Source: Pseudomonadota bacterium
Lineage (GTDB): Bacteria > Bdellovibrionota_G > JALEGL01 > DATDPG01
NCBI GenBank assembly: GCA_043809315.1
Contig: JAZDDX010000011.1
Coordinates: forward strand, 50,498-114,497
Length of the DNA: 64,000 bases
Reading direction: 5' to 3'
The notes under the pieces are model-generated. The model did not search any database. It was not told the origin of the DNA and worked only from the letters and a program-made list of their open reading frames with translations. Below, in pieces: positions 10,083 to 25,489 of the stretch (the first letter of the stretch is position 1; each line of letters begins with the position of its first letter). The position numbers and the translations under genes were made by a program.

Positions 10083-13000
10083 ATGGTGTCACTTGTGAAT
10101 CACCTGCACCGACCGCGGAAGACCTTTTCGAAGATCAAACAGGTCGCCGAGGTCCCGAACCTAATCGACGTGCAGAAACGCTCGTACGACAACTTCCTTC
10201 AGACCGACGTTCCGGAAATGGAACGCAAAGATCTCGGTCTCCAGGCCGTCTTTAAATCGGTGTTTCCGATCAAGGACTTCAACGAGACGGCGTCGCTCGA
10301 GTTCGTCTGTTACAAACTCGATGCCCCGAAATACGATGTGGATGAGTGTCTCCAACGGGGGATGACGTTCGCCTGCCCTCTAAAGGTCGTGGTGCGTCTG
10401 GTCGTGTGGGACACGACGGAAGGGGCAGCCCCCCAATCGATCCGGGACGTCAAGGAACAGGAAGTCTACTTCGGGGAGATCCCCCTGATGACCGCGAACG
10501 GGACGTTCATCGTGAACGGCACGGAGCGGGTCGTGGTGAGCCAGTTGCACCGCTCGCCCGGCGTCTTCTTCGACTCCGACAAAGGAGCGTCCGCGTCGCG
10601 CGGGAATGTTCTCTATTCGGCCCGGATCCTTCCGTACCGGGGCTCTTGGCTCGACTTCGAGTTCGACCACCGGGACATGATCTATGTCCGGATCGACCGT
10701 CGTCGGAAGATGCCGGCGACGATTCTTCTGAAGGCTCTCGGACACTTCGAAGAGGAGATCCTGAACTTCTACTATAAGTCGGAAGAGATCCGGATCGGCC
10801 AGGGCGGGAAGCTTACGAAGAACGTCGTGCCGGATCTGCTGGCCGGTCAACGTGCCTCGCGGGACGTCAAGCACCCGAAGACCGACGAAGTTCTGGTCCG
10901 AAAAGACCGGAAGTTCACGAAGTTTGCGATCAAGAAAATCGAGGAGTCGGGCTTGAAAGAGATCCCGACAGAAATCGAGGATTTGGTCGGGCGGGTGGCC
11001 GCGCGTGACGTGGCCGATCCGAAAACCGGCGAGATCATCCTGGGCGTCAACCAGGAGCTTACGGAAGAGGCGTTCGAGTTGATCGAGAAGAAGGGGATCA
11101 AGAAGATCCACCTCCTTTATATCGACAACATCAACGTCAGCGCCGCGCTCCGCAACACCTTGATGTCGGACAAGATCGGGAGCCAGAACGACGCAATGAT
11201 GGAGATCTATGCCCGATTGCGCCCGGGGGATCCTCCCACGCTCGAGACCGCCACGGCGTTTTTCGAGAACCTGTTCTTCAACCCGGAGCGGTACGATCTC
11301 TCCGCGGTCGGTCGTCTCAAGATCAACCACAAGTTCGGTCTGAAGACCGACCTCGAGACCAAGACGCTTCAGAAGGAGGACATCCTCCACTGCGTGAAGT
11401 ACCTGATCGAGCTCAAGAACGGGAAAGGGGAGATCGACGACATCGATCATCTCGGCAACCGTCGTGTCCGCGCCGTTGGCGAACTGGTGGAGATCCAGTA
11501 CCGCGTCGGCCTCGTCCGGATGGAACGGGCGATCAAAGAGCGGATGAGCTTGCAGGACGTCGAGACCCTGATGCCGCACGAACTGATCAACTCAAAGCCG
11601 GTCTCGGCCGTCATCAAGGAGTTTTTCGGGTCGAGTCAGCTCTCCCAGTTCATGGACCAGACCAATCCGCTTTCCGCGGTTACCCACAAGCGTCGTCTGT
11701 CGGCCCTGGGTCCCGGAGGGTTGACGCGCGATCGCGCCGGGTTCGAGGTCCGCGACGTTCATACGACGCACTACGGACGGATCTGTCCGATCGAGACGCC
11801 GGAAGGACCGAACATCGGTCTCATCGCGTCTCTTTCGACGTACGCAAGAGTGAACGACTACGGATTCATCGAAACCCCGTACCGGAAGGTCAACAAAGGT
11901 AGGGTCACCGACGAGGTCGTCTACTTCTCGGCGCTCGAGGAAGAGAGTCACACCATCGCGCAGGCGAATGCGCAGATCGATGCGCGCGGCCATTTCACAA
12001 CGCCGTTGGTGTCGTCCCGTAAGGCGGGGGATTTCGTCACCGTTACGCCGGACGAGGTCACCCTGATGGACGTCTCCCCGAACCAACTGGTTTCGGTGGC
12101 GGCGGCGTTAATCCCGTTCCTCGAGAACGACGATGCGAACCGGGCCCTTATGGGCTCGAACATGCAACGGCAGGCGGTGCCGCTCCTGCGGACCGAATCC
12201 CCGATCGTCGGGACCGGCATGGAGTCGATCGTGGCGCGCGATTCAGGCGCCGCACTCGTGGCTGTGAGCGACGGAACGGTCGAAAGTGTCGACGCCGGCC
12301 GCATCGTGATCCGCTGCGACGCGAAGGGAAAGGAACACAGCGGGGCCGAGGTCGACATCTACAACCTCATCAAATACCAGCGCTCGAACCAGGGGACCTG
12401 CATCAACCAGAAGCCCCTCGTCCGGAAGGGGGACAAGGTTAAGCGTGGCGACGTGATCGTGGATGGACCGTCCACGGATCGCGGCGAACTGGCCCTGGGG
12501 AGGAATGTTCTCGTGGCGTTCATGCCGTGGGGTGGATACAACTTTGAGGATTCGATCCTGATCTCGGAGCGCCTCGTCACGCAGGATGTTTTCACGTCGG
12601 TGCACATCGAGACGTTCGAGACACTCGCCCGCGACACGAAGCTCGGAAAAGAGGAGATTACGCGCGACATCCCGAACGTGGGGGAGGAAGCGCTCAGAAA
12701 CCTCGACGAGTCCGGGATCGTCCGGGTTGGGGCGGAAGTGAAGGCGGGGGAGGTCCTGGTCGGCAAGATCACGCCGAAAGGGGAGACCCAGCTCTCACCG
12801 GAAGAGAAACTGCTGCGAGCGATCTTCGGCGACAAGGCCGGGGACGTCAAAGACACCTCTCTCCGCGTTCCCCCGGGAACGGCGGGGACGGTGATCAACG
12901 CGCAGGTCTTCGCCCGCGAAGGGGTCGAGAAAGACGGCCGTGCGAAAGAGATCGAGGACGCCGAAGTCCGGCGCCTCCTTCAAGACCAGGAAGATCAGAT

Positions 13001-14246
13001 CAAAATCGTCAAACAATCGGCGTACGACCGGATCAAGACGATGCTCAAAGGTCATGTCTCCTCGGTCCGGATGGCGGACGAAAAAGGGGAAACGCTCGTC
13101 TCGAAAGGGAAGGAGCTGACCGAGGAAGTCCTGGAGAAGATCCCGCGCTTCCGCTGGAAGGAGATCTCGATCGAGAAGGGGGACAAGATCGAGAAAGAGA
13201 TCGCTCAGATTCTCGACAACGCGAAGGAGTCGGTCGACTACATCAAGACCCTCTTCAACGAGAAGATCGACAAGCTCAAGAGAGGGGACGAACTCCCTCC
13301 GGGCGTCATCAAGATGGTCCGGGTCTTCGTGGCGATGAAGCGGAAAGTCTCGGTGGGGGACAAGATGGCCGGTCGGCACGGGAACAAAGGAGTCGTGTCA
13401 CGGATCCTCCCGGCGGAGAACATGCCGTACCTGTCGGACGGGACACCGGTCGACATGGTCCTGAACCCCTTAGGGGTCCCGTCCCGAATGAACGTGGGAC
13501 AGATCCTTGAGGCACATCTGGGACGCGCCGGGAAAGAACTCGGAACCCAGCTGGAGAAGATGATCAAGGCCGAATTCGGGCCGGACAAGCTCCGGAAGTA
13601 CTTGAAGAAGATCTACGATGCGAAGGAGACGACCGACGTCCTCGACGAAATGTCGGACCGAGAGGTCTTACGCGTGGCGGAGCAATTGAGCCGCGAAGGG
13701 GTTTTCATGGCGACGCCGGTCTTCGACGGCGCCCTCGACAAGGACATCAAGTCCCTCTTGGAGGCCTCTGAGCTTCCGACGAGCGGCCAGACGACCTTGT
13801 TCGACGGGAGATCCGGGGAGCCGTTCAAACACCAGGTTACGGTGGGACAGATGTATGTCATGAAACTCCACCACCTGGTCGACGACAAGATCCACGCACG
13901 GTCGATCGGGCCGTACTCGCTCGTCACCCAGCAGCCGTTGGGAGGCAAGGCGCAATTCGGCGGTCAGAGACTCGGCGAAATGGAAGTCTGGGCGCTCGAA
14001 GCGTATGGCGCGGCCTATTCGCTGCAGGAGTTCCTGACGGTCAAGTCGGACGACATCGGAGGACGGACGCGGATGTACGAAGCGATCGTCAAGGGTGAGA
14101 ATCGGCTGGAGTGCGGATTGCCCGAGTCGTTCAACGTGTTGCTCAAGGAGCTTCAGGCGCTCGGTCTCGACGTGAGGCTGATGGAAACGAACCAGGGGAT
14201 GGCGGAGGTTCCGGAAGGGGCCGCCATCAGTCCGCAAGCGGCGTAG
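10083..14246 (+). CDS. rpoB: RNA polymerase beta subunit
   Basis: [40 protein letters not shown]; ATG 10083 after GGAG/GAGG. Confidence 0.99.
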   Translation: MVSLVNHLHRPRKTFSKIKQVAEVPNLIDVQKRSYDNFLQTDVPEMERKDLGLQAVFKSVFPIKDFNETASLEFVCYKLDAPKYDVDECLQRGMTFACPLKVVVRLVVWDTTEGAAPQSIRDVKEQEVYFGEIPLMTANGTFIVNGTERVVVSQLHRSPGVFFDSDKGASASRGNVLYSARILPYRGSWLDFEFDHRDMIYVRIDRRRKMPATILLKALGHFEEEILNFYYKSEEIRIGQGGKLTKNVVPDLLAGQRASRDVKHPKTDEVLVRKDRKFTKFAIKKIEESGLKEIPTEIEDLVGRVAARDVADPKTGEIILGVNQELTEEAFELIEKKGIKKIHLLYIDNINVSAALRNTLMSDKIGSQNDAMMEIYARLRPGDPPTLETATAFFENLFFNPERYDLSAVGRLKINHKFGLKTDLETKTLQKEDILHCVKYLIELKNGKGEIDDIDHLGNRRVRAVGELVEIQYRVGLVRMERAIKERMSLQDVETLMPHELINSKPVSAVIKEFFGSSQLSQFMDQTNPLSAVTHKRRLSALGPGGLTRDRAGFEVRDVHTTHYGRICPIETPEGPNIGLIASLSTYARVNDYGFIETPYRKVNKGRVTDEVVYFSALEEESHTIAQANAQIDARGHFTTPLVSSRKAGDFVTVTPDEVTLMDVSPNQLVSVAAALIPFLENDDANRALMGSNMQRQAVPLLRTESPIVGTGMESIVARDSGAALVAVSDGTVESVDAGRIVIRCDAKGKEHSGAEVDIYNLIKYQRSNQGTCINQKPLVRKGDKVKRGDVIVDGPSTDRGELALGRNVLVAFMPWGGYNFEDSILISERLVTQDVFTSVHIETFETLARDTKLGKEEITRDIPNVGEEALRNLDESGIVRVGAEVKAGEVLVGKITPKGETQLSPEEKLLRAIFGDKAGDVKDTSLRVPPGTAGTVINAQVFAREGVEKDGRAKEIEDAEVRRLLQDQEDQIKIVKQSAYDRIKTMLKGHVSSVRMADEKGETLVSKGKELTEEVLEKIPRFRWKEISIEKGDKIEKEIAQILDNAKESVDYIKTLFNEKIDKLKRGDELPPGVIKMVRVFVAMKRKVSVGDKMAGRHGNKGVVSRILPAENMPYLSDGTPVDMVLNPLGVPSRMNVGQILEAHLGRAGKELGTQLEKMIKAEFGPDKLRKYLKKIYDAKETTDVLDEMSDREVLRVAEQLSREGVFMATPVFDGALDKDIKSLLEASELPTSGQTTLFDGRSGEPFKHQVTVGQMYVMKLHHLVDDKIHARSIGPYSLVTQQPLGGKAQFGGQRLGEMEVWALEAYGAAYSLQEFLTVKSDDIGGRTRMYEAIVKGENRLECGLPESFNVLLKELQALGLDVRLMETNQGMAEVPEGAAISPQAA

Positions 14247-14263
14247 GCAGGGAGAGGGAAGCC

Positions 14264-17200
14264 ATGGAAGACATCTTTAGCTTTTTCGAGAAACCGAAGG
14301 ATCCCCTGTCGTTCGAATCGATCCGGGTGGGGTTGGCCTCCCCGGAGAAGATCCTCGAATGGTCGTACGGCGAGGTGAAAAAACCGGAGACGATCAACTA
14401 CCGGACGTTCAAGCCGGAACGGGACGGGTTGTTCTGCGCGAAGATTTTCGGGCCGGTGAAGGATTACGAGTGCAACTGCGGAAAGTATAAGCGGATGAAG
14501 CACCGGGGCGTCGTCTGCGAGAAGTGCGGCGTCGAGGTGATCCAATCGAAGGTCCGCCGCGACCGGATGGGGCACATCTCGCTTGCGACTCCCGTAGCAC
14601 ATATCTGGTTTTTGAAGTCGCTCCCGAGCCGGATCGGAAATCTTCTCGACATCACGCTCAAGGAACTCGAGCGCGTCGTTTATTACGAATCGTACGTCAT
14701 CATCGATCCGGGGAAGACGAAGTTCACCCATGGCCAGATCCTCTCGGAGGATCAGTACCAGGAAGGGATCGAACAGCACGGCGAAGAGGGGTTCGAGGCG
14801 GCGATGGGAGCCTCGGCGATCAAGTCGCTCTTCCGGCAACTGGATCTGGACGATCTGGCGAAGATGCTGCGCAAAGAGATGCGGGAGACCGGCTCCGAAG
14901 CGAAGCGGAAGAAAGTCGCCAAGCGGCTCAAGGTCGTAGAGGCATTCCGAGAGTCGGAGAACAAACCGGAGTGGATGGTCCTGGACGTCGTCCCGGTCCT
15001 TCCCCCCGATCTCCGTCCGCTGGTCCCACTCGACGGAGGTCGCTTCGCGACGTCCGATCTAAATGACCTGTATCGTCGCGTGATCAACCGCAACAACCGG
15101 CTGAAGAGGCTTTTGGAGCTCAATGCTCCCGGCATCATCATCCGGAACGAAAAACGGATGCTGCAGGAGGCGGTCGACGCTCTTTTCGACAACGGCCGTC
15201 GGGGCAAAACAATCACGGGGCCGAACAAGCGGCCGCTCAAGTCGCTGTCTGACTCGATCAAGGGGAAACAGGGCCGGTTCCGGCAGAACCTGCTCGGAAA
15301 ACGGGTCGACTACTCGGGTCGTTCGGTCATCGTCGTCGGCCCGGAGCTTCGCCTGCACCAGTGCGGCCTTCCGAAGCAGATGGCGCTCGAACTGTTCAAG
15401 CCGTTCATCTACAACAAACTCGAGGAACGCGGGTTCGTCACCACGATCAAGGCGGCCAAGAAGATGGTCGAGGACGAGGCGACGGAAGTCTGGGATGTCC
15501 TGGACGAAGTGGTCAAGGAACACCCGGTTCTCTTGAACCGCGCTCCGACGCTGCACCGGTTGGGAATCCAGGCGTTCGAGCCGACCCTCATCGAAGGGAA
15601 GGCGATCCAGCTCCATCCGCTCGTCTGTATGGCGTTCAACGCCGACTTCGACGGTGACCAGATGGCCGTGCACGTACCCCTGTCGATCGAGGCACAGGTC
15701 GAAGCGCGAGTCCTGATGATGTCGAGCAACAACATCCTTTCTCCAGCGAACGGGAAACCGATCATCGTCCCGACCCAGGACATCGTCCTCGGGTTGTATT
15801 ATCTGACGCGGGATCGCGTCTTCTGCCGCGGCGAAGGAAAGATCTTCGCGAGTGGGGATGAGGTCCGGATCGCCTACGACGCGGGAGAGGTCGACCTGCA
15901 TGCGCGGATCAAAGTCCGGAGGGATGGAAAACTGGTCGAGACGACGGTCGGCAGGACCATCCTGTCGGAGATCGTTCCGCCGGAGATCGCGTTCGAATCG
16001 TACAACCGCGTGATGGACAAGAAACAACTCGCCAACCTCGTCGACCGGGCGTTCCGTCTGGCGGGGCAGAAGGCAACGGTCATCCTGGCCGACAAGTTGA
16101 TGAACTTGGGCTTCCAGTACGCGACCCTGGCCGGGATCTCGATCTGCATGGACGACATGAAGATCCCGACGAAGAAACCGGCGCTTCTCTCGGAGGCCGA
16201 CGGGGAGATCCAGAAGATTCAGAAACAGTATACGGAAGGGTTGATCACCGACGGCGAGCGGTACAACAAAGTCGTCGACACCTGGGCGCAAGTTTCGGAA
16301 GCGATCGCCTCGGAAATGCTCAAGGAGATCGGGACCGAAGTTGTGGAGAATGAAAAGGGGGAGAAACTCCAAGGGCCGAGCTTCAACCCGATCTTCATGA
16401 TGGCCGACTCGGGGGCCCGGGGAAGTGCGCAACAGCTCCGGCAGCTGGCCGGAATGCGGGGCTTAATGGCGAAGCCGTCGGGTGAAATCATCGAGACGCC
16501 GATCACGGCGAACTTCAAGGAGGGGTTGACCGTTCTGCAGTACTTCATTTCAACCCACGGCGCTCGGAAAGGGTTGGCGGACACCGCCCTCAAGACCGCG
16601 AACTCCGGGTACCTGACCCGGCGTCTGGTCGACGTCGCGCAGGACGCGATCATCTCGATGTACGACTGCAACACGCTGGATGGGATTTTCGTCAGCGCCT
16701 TGGTGGAAGCGGGGGAGGTCATCGAGCCGCTCGGAGACCGGATCCTGGGGAGAGTCGTGCTCGAAGACGTCCTCGATCCGTTCACCGGCGACGTGATCGC
16801 TCCGTCGAACACGGAGATCGACGAGAACCTGGTCGCGAAAGTCGAAGCGGCCGGGTGCGAGAAGATCAAGATCCGTTCGGTCTTGACCTGCCAGAGCAGG
16901 CGCGGGATCTGCGTTCTCTGCTATGGACGCGACCTGGCGCGCGGGCGGATGGTCAATATCGGCGAAACGGTCGGCGTCATCGCGGCGCAGTCGATCGGCG
17001 AGCCGGGAACCCAGCTGACGATGCGTACGTTCCACGTCGGAGGAACCGCCACGAGAAGGGCCGAGCAGTCGACCCTCGAGGCGCGTTTCGGCGGGGAGGC
17101 GAAGTTCCACAACATCAACGCCGTGCGGAACCGCGAAGGGAAGCTCACCGTCATGAACCGGAACGGCGAGATCGCGCTGACCGACGAGAACGGGCGCGAG

Positions 17201-18430
17201 CGGGAGAGGTATTCGATCATCTACGGTGCACAGTTGATGGTGGAGGAAGGGAAGAAAGTGAAGGCGGGAGCGCTGCTGGCGGAGTGGGACCCGTACACGA
17301 TCCCGATCTTGACGGAAGTTGGCGGGCACATCCGCTACCACGACGTCGTCGAAGGAATGACGATGTCGGATCAGGTCGATTCGGTCACGGGTCTATCCCG
17401 GCGCGTGATCATCGAGTCGAGGGATCCGGATTTGCGTCCCCGGATCGCTCTGGTCGATGCGAACGGGAGTGCTCTCAAGTTCCGCTACTCGGGCGGGGAA
17501 GCGAGCTACATGATGCCGGTCGGCGCCAACATCATGGCGAACGACGGCGAAGAGCTCTCCCCGGGAGACGTCATCGCGAAGATCCCGCGGGAGACCACGA
17601 AGACGAAGGACATCACCGGCGGTCTGCCGCGCGTCGCGGAGTTGTTCGAGGCGCGGAAACCGAAGGAAGTGGCGGTGATCTCGGAAATCGACGGCGTGGT
17701 CTCGTTCGGGAAAGACTCGAAGGGAAAACGGAAGGTGGTCATCACCCCCGAAGTGGGTGAACTGCGCGAGTACCTAATCCCGAAGGGGAAACACATCGCG
17801 GTTCTCGAAGGGGACCGCGTGCGTGCCGGCGAGGCGTTGATGGACGGCTCGGCGAACCCGCACGACATCCTCCGGGTGCTCGGCGAGAAGGAGCTCTCGA
17901 AGTACCTGGTGGACGAAGTGCAGGAGGTCTACAGGCTCCAGGGGGTCAAGATCAACGACAAGCACATCGAGACGATCGTCCGCCAGATGCTCAAGAAGAT
18001 CCGCGTTGTCGATCCGGGGGACACGAACTTCCTGTCGGGGGAACAGACCGACAAGATCGTTTTCCACGAGGCGAACGAGAAGGTGAAGGCGAAGGGTGGG
18101 AAGGCAGCGATCGCCGAGCCCCTGCTGCTGGGGATCACGAAGGCCTCCCTCTCGACGGAGTCGTTTATCTCCGCGGCGTCGTTCCAGGAGACCACCAAAG
18201 TCTTCACGGAGGCGGCGATCAACGGGAAGACCGATACTCTGCGGGGTCTCAAGGAGAACCTGGTCATGGGCCGCCTGATCCCCGCCGGGACCGGAGTCCC
18301 GATCTACCGGAACCTGGGCCTCAAGGTCATGGTGGACGAAGCGTTGCCCCTGGAAGAGGGTGCCTCCACAGAGGGACCGATGGAGATCGATAAAATGCCG
18401 GCATTTCCGGCACAGGAGCAACCCTCGTAA
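14264..18430 (+). CDS. rpoC: RNA polymerase beta' subunit
   Basis: [22 protein letters not shown]; start trimmed to [11 protein letters not shown]. Confidence 0.99.
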   Translation: MEDIFSFFEKPKDPLSFESIRVGLASPEKILEWSYGEVKKPETINYRTFKPERDGLFCAKIFGPVKDYECNCGKYKRMKHRGVVCEKCGVEVIQSKVRRDRMGHISLATPVAHIWFLKSLPSRIGNLLDITLKELERVVYYESYVIIDPGKTKFTHGQILSEDQYQEGIEQHGEEGFEAAMGASAIKSLFRQLDLDDLAKMLRKEMRETGSEAKRKKVAKRLKVVEAFRESENKPEWMVLDVVPVLPPDLRPLVPLDGGRFATSDLNDLYRRVINRNNRLKRLLELNAPGIIIRNEKRMLQEAVDALFDNGRRGKTITGPNKRPLKSLSDSIKGKQGRFRQNLLGKRVDYSGRSVIVVGPELRLHQCGLPKQMALELFKPFIYNKLEERGFVTTIKAAKKMVEDEATEVWDVLDEVVKEHPVLLNRAPTLHRLGIQAFEPTLIEGKAIQLHPLVCMAFNADFDGDQMAVHVPLSIEAQVEARVLMMSSNNILSPANGKPIIVPTQDIVLGLYYLTRDRVFCRGEGKIFASGDEVRIAYDAGEVDLHARIKVRRDGKLVETTVGRTILSEIVPPEIAFESYNRVMDKKQLANLVDRAFRLAGQKATVILADKLMNLGFQYATLAGISICMDDMKIPTKKPALLSEADGEIQKIQKQYTEGLITDGERYNKVVDTWAQVSEAIASEMLKEIGTEVVENEKGEKLQGPSFNPIFMMADSGARGSAQQLRQLAGMRGLMAKPSGEIIETPITANFKEGLTVLQYFISTHGARKGLADTALKTANSGYLTRRLVDVAQDAIISMYDCNTLDGIFVSALVEAGEVIEPLGDRILGRVVLEDVLDPFTGDVIAPSNTEIDENLVAKVEAAGCEKIKIRSVLTCQSRRGICVLCYGRDLARGRMVNIGETVGVIAAQSIGEPGTQLTMRTFHVGGTATRRAEQSTLEARFGGEAKFHNINAVRNREGKLTVMNRNGEIALTDENGRERERYSIIYGAQLMVEEGKKVKAGALLAEWDPYTIPILTEVGGHIRYHDVVEGMTMSDQVDSVTGLSRRVIIESRDPDLRPRIALVDANGSALKFRYSGGEASYMMPVGANIMANDGEELSPGDVIAKIPRETTKTKDITGGLPRVAELFEARKPKEVAVISEIDGVVSFGKDSKGKRKVVITPEVGELREYLIPKGKHIAVLEGDRVRAGEALMDGSANPHDILRVLGEKELSKYLVDEVQEVYRLQGVKINDKHIETIVRQMLKKIRVVDPGDTNFLSGEQTDKIVFHEANEKVKAKGGKAAIAEPLLLGITKASLSTESFISAASFQETTKVFTEAAINGKTDTLRGLKENLVMGRLIPAGTGVPIYRNLGLKVMVDEALPLEEGASTEGPMEIDKMPAFPAQEQPS

Positions 18431-18454
18431 GAGGGTCCAAACCCATGATAACTC

Positions 18455-18482
18455 TTGACTTTTTGTTTAGTTTCCGTAGTAT
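18455..18482 (+). promoter_or_regulatory. Putative sigma70 promoter of the str operon
   Basis: TTGACT (18455-18460), 16 bp T-rich spacer, TAGTAT (18477-18482). Confidence 0.55.
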
Positions 18483-18512
18483 CCGCCAGCTTTTTTTTAA
18501 GGATTAAAAGAG

Positions 18513-18881
18513 ATGCCGACGATTAACCAATTGATTCGAAAGGGGAGACTTCCGCAGCGTCGAAAGACCTCGGCCCCCGCTTTAGCCAAATCTCCGTTCA
18601 AACGGGGGGTCTGCACCCGCGTCTACACGGTCACCCCGAAGAAACCGAACTCCGCGTTACGGAAAGTGGCGCGCGTTCGTCTGACGAACGGGTACGACGT
18701 GACGACGTACATCCCGGGCGAGGGACATAATCTCCAGGAACACTCCGTCGTGCTGGTGCGCGGCGGGCGCGTGAAGGATCTTCCGGGCGTCCGGTATCAC
18801 ATCGTGCGCGGGTCCCTGGATTCAGGCGGCGTTGGGAACCGGAAGCGGTCGCGCTCCAAATACGGAACCAAGAGGAGCTGA
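18513..18881 (+). CDS. rpsL: 30S ribosomal protein S12
   Basis: [29 protein letters not shown]. Confidence 0.99.
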   Translation: MPTINQLIRKGRLPQRRKTSAPALAKSPFKRGVCTRVYTVTPKKPNSALRKVARVRLTNGYDVTTYIPGEGHNLQEHSVVLVRGGRVKDLPGVRYHIVRGSLDSGGVGNRKRSRSKYGTKRS

Positions 18882-18883
18882 CC

Positions 18884-19354
18884 ATGCCACGCCGAAGAGA
18901 AGTCCCCGTCCGAATCCTCCCGATGGATGCAAAGTTCCACGACCGCCTGGTGACCCGTTTCATCAATACCACGATGAAAGAGGGGAAAAAGTCGGTTGCC
19001 CAGCACATTGTTTACGGGGCGCTGGATATCGTCGCAGAGAAGATGAAAGACGATCCTCTGAAGGTCCTCAAGAGAGCGCTCGAGAACGTGCGACCTCTCG
19101 TCGAGACGAAAAGCCGCCGGGTCGGCGGTGCGAACTACCAGGTTCCTCTCGAGGTCCGACCCGGCAGGAGCGAGGCCCTCGGGATCCGCTGGTTGCTCAT
19201 CGGGGCGAAAGGGCGCCCGGGCCGCTCCATGGCGGAGAAACTGGCCGGGGAAGTGATGGACGCCCATTCGAGCCGAGGCACGGCCGTGAAGAAACGAGAA
19301 GACGTGCACAAGATGGCCGACGCCAACAAGGCGTTCGCTCACTACCGATGGTGA
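18884..19354 (+). CDS. rpsG: 30S ribosomal protein S7
   Basis: [25 protein letters not shown]. Confidence 0.99.
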   Translation: MPRRREVPVRILPMDAKFHDRLVTRFINTTMKEGKKSVAQHIVYGALDIVAEKMKDDPLKVLKRALENVRPLVETKSRRVGGANYQVPLEVRPGRSEALGIRWLLIGAKGRPGRSMAEKLAGEVMDAHSSRGTAVKKREDVHKMADANKAFAHYRW

Positions 19355-19378
19355 TTGTGCGGACGACGCGAGCGAACG

Positions 19379-21457
<2,079 letters not shown>

Positions 21458-21468
21458 GGGAGAAGGAT

Positions 21469-21789
21469 ATGGCGACGGAAGAGAAGATCAGAATTCGATT
21501 GAAAGCGTACGACTACCAGTTACTGGATCAGTCGACCTCGGAGATCGTCGAGACCGCACGCCGGACCGGCGCTCGAATCGCCGGACCGATCCCTCTCCCC
21601 ACGTCGATCAACCGGTACTGCGTCCTTCGTTCCCCGCACACCGACAAGAAGTCGCGGGAGCATTTCGAGATCCGCACCCACAAACGACTGCTCGACATCC
21701 TCGAGCCGACCCAGCAGACGATCGATTCGCTGATGAAGCTCGATCTCGCGGCCGGAGTGGATGTGGAGATCAAGAGTTACAGGGAGTAG
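21469..21789 (+). CDS. rpsJ: 30S ribosomal protein S10
   Basis: [25 protein letters not shown]. Confidence 0.99.
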   Translation: MATEEKIRIRLKAYDYQLLDQSTSEIVETARRTGARIAGPIPLPTSINRYCVLRSPHTDKKSREHFEIRTHKRLLDILEPTQQTIDSLMKLDLAAGVDVEIKSYRE

Positions 21790-21792
21790 GCC

Positions 21793-22416
21793 GTGACCAC
21801 GAAAGCGAAAAAATTCGATCCAACAGGAAAGGCCGCCGGGGAGATCTCCCTTCCGGAGGCGATTTTCGGGACACGCCCGAAGGAGCACCTTCTCTACGAT
21901 GCCGTCATGATGCAACTCGCATCGCGCCGGCAGGGGACCGCGAAGACGAAGACCCGCTCGGAAGTGCGCGGCGGCGGGAAAAAGCCGTACAAGCAGAAGG
22001 GGACCGGCAACGCCCGACGCGGAACCAGCCGTTCCCCCCTCATGGTGGGAGGCGGCCGGGTGTTCGGCCCGATCCCGAAAGATTGGTCGTACCGAATTCC
22101 TCGGGAGGCGCGCCGGCAGGCTCTGGTGAGCGCCCTTTCGCAGAAGGCGGCGGAAGGGAAGCTGTTCGTCCTGGAGGGGCTCGATCTCAAGACTCCGAAG
22201 ACCAAGACGATCGCCGACCTGCTCGCGAAAATCGAGGCGCGGAACGTTCTCGTCGTCGACGTCGGGAACGAGACGCTGGCACGCTCGGTGCGGAACATCC
22301 CGAGAACTAAATATTTGGACGTGGTCGGACTGAATGTTTTTGACGTTCTGAAATACGAGAACCTTCTCCTGACCACCGGTTCGATCCAGAAGATCGAGGA
22401 AAGGTTGAGCGTATGA
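21793..22416 (+). CDS. rplD: 50S ribosomal protein L4
   Basis: RQGTAKTKTRSEVRGGGKKPYKQKGTGNAR. Confidence 0.98.
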   Translation: MTTKAKKFDPTGKAAGEISLPEAIFGTRPKEHLLYDAVMMQLASRRQGTAKTKTRSEVRGGGKKPYKQKGTGNARRGTSRSPLMVGGGRVFGPIPKDWSYRIPREARRQALVSALSQKAAEGKLFVLEGLDLKTPKTKTIADLLAKIEARNVLVVDVGNETLARSVRNIPRTKYLDVVGLNVFDVLKYENLLLTTGSIQKIEERLSV

Positions 22417-22706
22417 CGCTGGAACCGAGACAGGTGTTGAAGCGTCCCGTTCTGACGGAACGGTCGACGGAACTCAAGAGGGATCGCGGACAGGTGGTTT
22501 TCGAGGTGTATCGCGAAGCCACGAAACCGCAGATCAAGGCCGCGATCGAACAGGCGTTCAAGGTCCGCGTGGTTTCGGTCAACACGCTGATCATGCACGG
22601 GAAGATGAAACGCTTCCGTACGACCGCAACCAAACGACCGAACTGGAAGAAAGCGATCGTGACCCTTCGCGAAGGGGACAAGATCGAGGCGTTTGAGGGC
22701 GTGTAA
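22413..22706 (+). CDS. rplW: 50S ribosomal protein L23
   Basis: ATKPQIKAAIE, WKKAIVTL. Confidence 0.97.
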   Translation: MTLEPRQVLKRPVLTERSTELKRDRGQVVFEVYREATKPQIKAAIEQAFKVRVVSVNTLIMHGKMKRFRTTATKRPNWKKAIVTLREGDKIEAFEGV

Positions 22707-23534
22707 ATGGCGATTATAACTCACAGACCGACGACTCCGAGCCGACGGTTCGTCACGCATGTCGACTATGCGGAGATCACCACCGCGAAACCGCACAAGA
22801 GCTTGACAGAGATCAAGCACCGCTCGGGCGGGAGAAACAATCAAGGGACCATCACCAGCCGCTGGATCGGCAGGGGACACAAGCGCCGGTACCGGATCAT
22901 CGATTTCTTACGAAGGGACAAGGAGGGGATCCCGGCGAAGGTCGAAACGATCGAATACGATCCGAATCGATCGAGTCGGATCGCGCTCCTCAAGTATGCG
23001 GACGGGGAACGGCGATACATCCTGGCCCCCATGGGGCTCGAAGTCGGCACGTCGTTGCAGGCCGGTGAGGGGTCGGAAGTGAGGCCCGGGAATGCGATGC
23101 CGCTTTCCAAAATCCCGCTTGGCAGCCTCGTCCATAATATCGAACTCCAAAAAGGTCGAGGCGGTCAGTTGGCCCGTTCGGCGGGAGCCGGGGTGCAGGT
23201 CATCGGACGCGACGGCGGGTACGCCCAGCTCCGTCTCCCCTCCGGAGAGATTCGGAAGGTGCACGAGGAGTGCTACGCGACGATCGGCCAGCTTTCGAAC
23301 CTGGATCACGAGAACGTGACGATCGGGAAAGCGGGAAGGACCCGCTGGCTCGGCCGGCAGCCCTCCGTCCGTGGCACGGCGATGAACCCGGTCGACCATC
23401 CGCACGGCGGCGGAGAAGGCCGGACGAAAGGCGGACGCCATCCGGTCAGCCCGTGGGGGCAGCCGACGAAGGGGTACAAGACCCGTCACAACAAGAGAAC
23501 CGAGAAGTACATCGTACAGAGAAGGAAGAAATAA
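22707..23534 (+). CDS. rplB: 50S ribosomal protein L2
   Basis: [21 protein letters not shown]. Confidence 0.99.
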   Translation: MAIITHRPTTPSRRFVTHVDYAEITTAKPHKSLTEIKHRSGGRNNQGTITSRWIGRGHKRRYRIIDFLRRDKEGIPAKVETIEYDPNRSSRIALLKYADGERRYILAPMGLEVGTSLQAGEGSEVRPGNAMPLSKIPLGSLVHNIELQKGRGGQLARSAGAGVQVIGRDGGYAQLRLPSGEIRKVHEECYATIGQLSNLDHENVTIGKAGRTRWLGRQPSVRGTAMNPVDHPHGGGEGRTKGGRHPVSPWGQPTKGYKTRHNKRTEKYIVQRRKK

Positions 23535-23824
23535 TGGGACGAAGCACGAGAAAAGGGCCGTTCGTGGACGACCACCTGATGAAAAAGGTCAAGGAGTGCG
23601 AAACGAGCGGGAAGAAAGCGGTGATCAAGACGTGGTCGCGGCGGTCGACCATCCTTCCGGAGTTCGTCGGCTACACGTTCGCGATCCACAACGGCCGGAA
23701 GTTCCTGCCGATCTACGTCACGGAAAACATGGTCGGCCACAAGCTGGGGGAGTTCGCGCTCACGCGCACCTTCATCCAGCACTCGGGCGACCGCAAGACG
23801 ACGACCGAGCCGGCCGCGAAGTGA
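23534..23824 (+). CDS. rpsS: 30S ribosomal protein S19
   Basis: [18 protein letters not shown]; ATG overlaps the rplB stop. Confidence 0.98.
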   Translation: MGRSTRKGPFVDDHLMKKVKECETSGKKAVIKTWSRRSTILPEFVGYTFAIHNGRKFLPIYVTENMVGHKLGEFALTRTFIQHSGDRKTTTEPAAK

Positions 23825-23835
23825 TGAGGTGAGCG

Positions 23836-24168
23836 ATGGCGAATCAAGCAAAAGCGAGTTATCTCCGGGTGCCGCCGCGAAAAGCGAAACTGGTGGTGGA
23901 TATGGTTCGGGGGAAGAACGCGAATGACGCGACGGCGATCCTGCTGCACACCCGTCACAAGAGCGCCAAAATGATCAGCAAGGTTTTGAAGAGCGCGATC
24001 GCGAACGCCTCACAGGCGTCGCGGGTGAACGTGGACGCGCTCTATGTCAAAGAGATCTGCGTGAACCCGGGCCCGATCATCAAGCGGTTCACACCGCGTG
24101 CCATGGGACGGGGAACAAGAGTCAACAAGCGAACGAGCCACATCGTCGTGGTTTTGGGCGAGCGATAG
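23836..24168 (+). CDS. rplV: 50S ribosomal protein L22
   Basis: KSAIANA, PRAMGRG, KRTSHI. Confidence 0.98.
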   Translation: MANQAKASYLRVPPRKAKLVVDMVRGKNANDATAILLHTRHKSAKMISKVLKSAIANASQASRVNVDALYVKEICVNPGPIIKRFTPRAMGRGTRVNKRTSHIVVVLGER

Positions 24169-24180
24169 GAGGAACGGGAC

Positions 24181-24852
24181 GTGGGACAAAAAGTAAATCC
24201 GATCGGGTTGCGCGTGGGGATCATGCGCCCGTGGCCTTCGCGCTGGTTCGCCGACAAGGGGTACGCCAAGCTGCTGCACGAGGACCTGAAGATCAAAGAG
24301 ATCGTGAAGAAACGGCTCTTCCACGCCGGCGTGGCGCGGATCGAGATCATGCGGGCCGCCAATAAATGCACAGTCGATATCTACTCCGCTCGGCCAGGGA
24401 TCGTCATCGGCAAGCGTGGTGCGGGGATCGACACCTTGAAAGCCGATCTTCAGCGGATGACCTCGAAAGAGATTTATCTCAACATCAAAGAGGTCCGGAA
24501 AGCGGAGCTCGATGCTCAACTCGTGGCGGAGAATATCGCAATGCAGCTCGAGCGGCGCGTGGCGTTCCGCCGGGTGCTGAAGCGCAGCGTTCAGTCCGCC
24601 ATCAAGTTGGGAGCCAAAGGGATCAAAGTCCGGGTCGCCGGGCGCCTTGGCGGTTCCGAAATCGCGCGGGCGGAGTGGTATATGGAGGGAAGCGTTCCCC
24701 TGCACACGCTTCGCGCGAACATTGACCACGGATTCGCGGAAGCGAAGACGACGTACGGCCAGATCGGCGTCAAGGTTTGGGTGCACCGGGGCGACTACGT
24801 CGGAATGAAGGCGGAGGCGGACAATGCCGCCGACCAGATCGCGAGCGGGTGA
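24181..24852 (+). CDS. rpsC: 30S ribosomal protein S3
   Basis: [29 protein letters not shown]. Confidence 0.99.
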   Translation: MGQKVNPIGLRVGIMRPWPSRWFADKGYAKLLHEDLKIKEIVKKRLFHAGVARIEIMRAANKCTVDIYSARPGIVIGKRGAGIDTLKADLQRMTSKEIYLNIKEVRKAELDAQLVAENIAMQLERRVAFRRVLKRSVQSAIKLGAKGIKVRVAGRLGGSEIARAEWYMEGSVPLHTLRANIDHGFAEAKTTYGQIGVKVWVHRGDYVGMKAEADNAADQIASG

Positions 24853-24855
24853 GCC

Positions 24856-25275
24856 ATGTTACAGCCAGCCAAAGTAAAATTTCGGAAACAGCAAAAGGGG
24901 CGCATGCGGGGCAAAGCCATGACCGGCTCCTCCCTTGCGTACGGTGACTTCGGACTCAAGGCGATGGAGTGCTGCCGGGTGACCGCCAGGCAGGTCGAGG
25001 CGGCACGTGTTTCGATGACCCATCACGTTAACCGAGCCGGCAAGATCTGGACCCGGATTTTCCCCGACAAGCCGATCACGAAAAAACCGGCCGAAACCCG
25101 GATGGGAAAAGGAAAAGGGCCGGTCGAGTTCTGGGTGGTTGTCGTGAAGCCGGGACGGATCCTCTACGAAATGGAAGGGGTGACCCCGGAGGTCGCCAAA
25201 GAGGCGTTCCGTTTGGCCGCGCACAAACTGCCGTTACGAACCAAAATCATCACCCGAGGAAGCCATGAAGGATAA
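24856..25275 (+). CDS. rplP: 50S ribosomal protein L16
   Basis: [13 protein letters not shown]. Confidence 0.99.
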   Translation: MLQPAKVKFRKQQKGRMRGKAMTGSSLAYGDFGLKAMECCRVTARQVEAARVSMTHHVNRAGKIWTRIFPDKPITKKPAETRMGKGKGPVEFWVVVVKPGRILYEMEGVTPEVAKEAFRLAAHKLPLRTKIITRGSHEG

Positions 25276-25489
25276 GCAACATCATAAACAGTTGATGGCC
25301 ACCCTCCGGAGCATGAAGCCGGAAGAACTCGCGGTTCGGGAGCGCGACCTCAAGGAAGAGCTGTTCGGCCTCGTTTTCAAGGCCCGGAGCGGCCAACTCG
25401 AGAAGACCGCTGAGGTGCGAAAGACCCGCCGGATGATCGCCCGGATCAAGACGATTGCGAACGGGACTAAGGAAAGGAGCCAGTCGTGA
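25265..25489 (+). CDS. rpmC: 50S ribosomal protein L29
   Basis: LKEELF...RRMIARIKT; position between rplP and rpsQ. Confidence 0.93.
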   Translation: MKDKQHHKQLMATLRSMKPEELAVRERDLKEELFGLVFKARSGQLEKTAEVRKTRRMIARIKTIANGTKERSQS

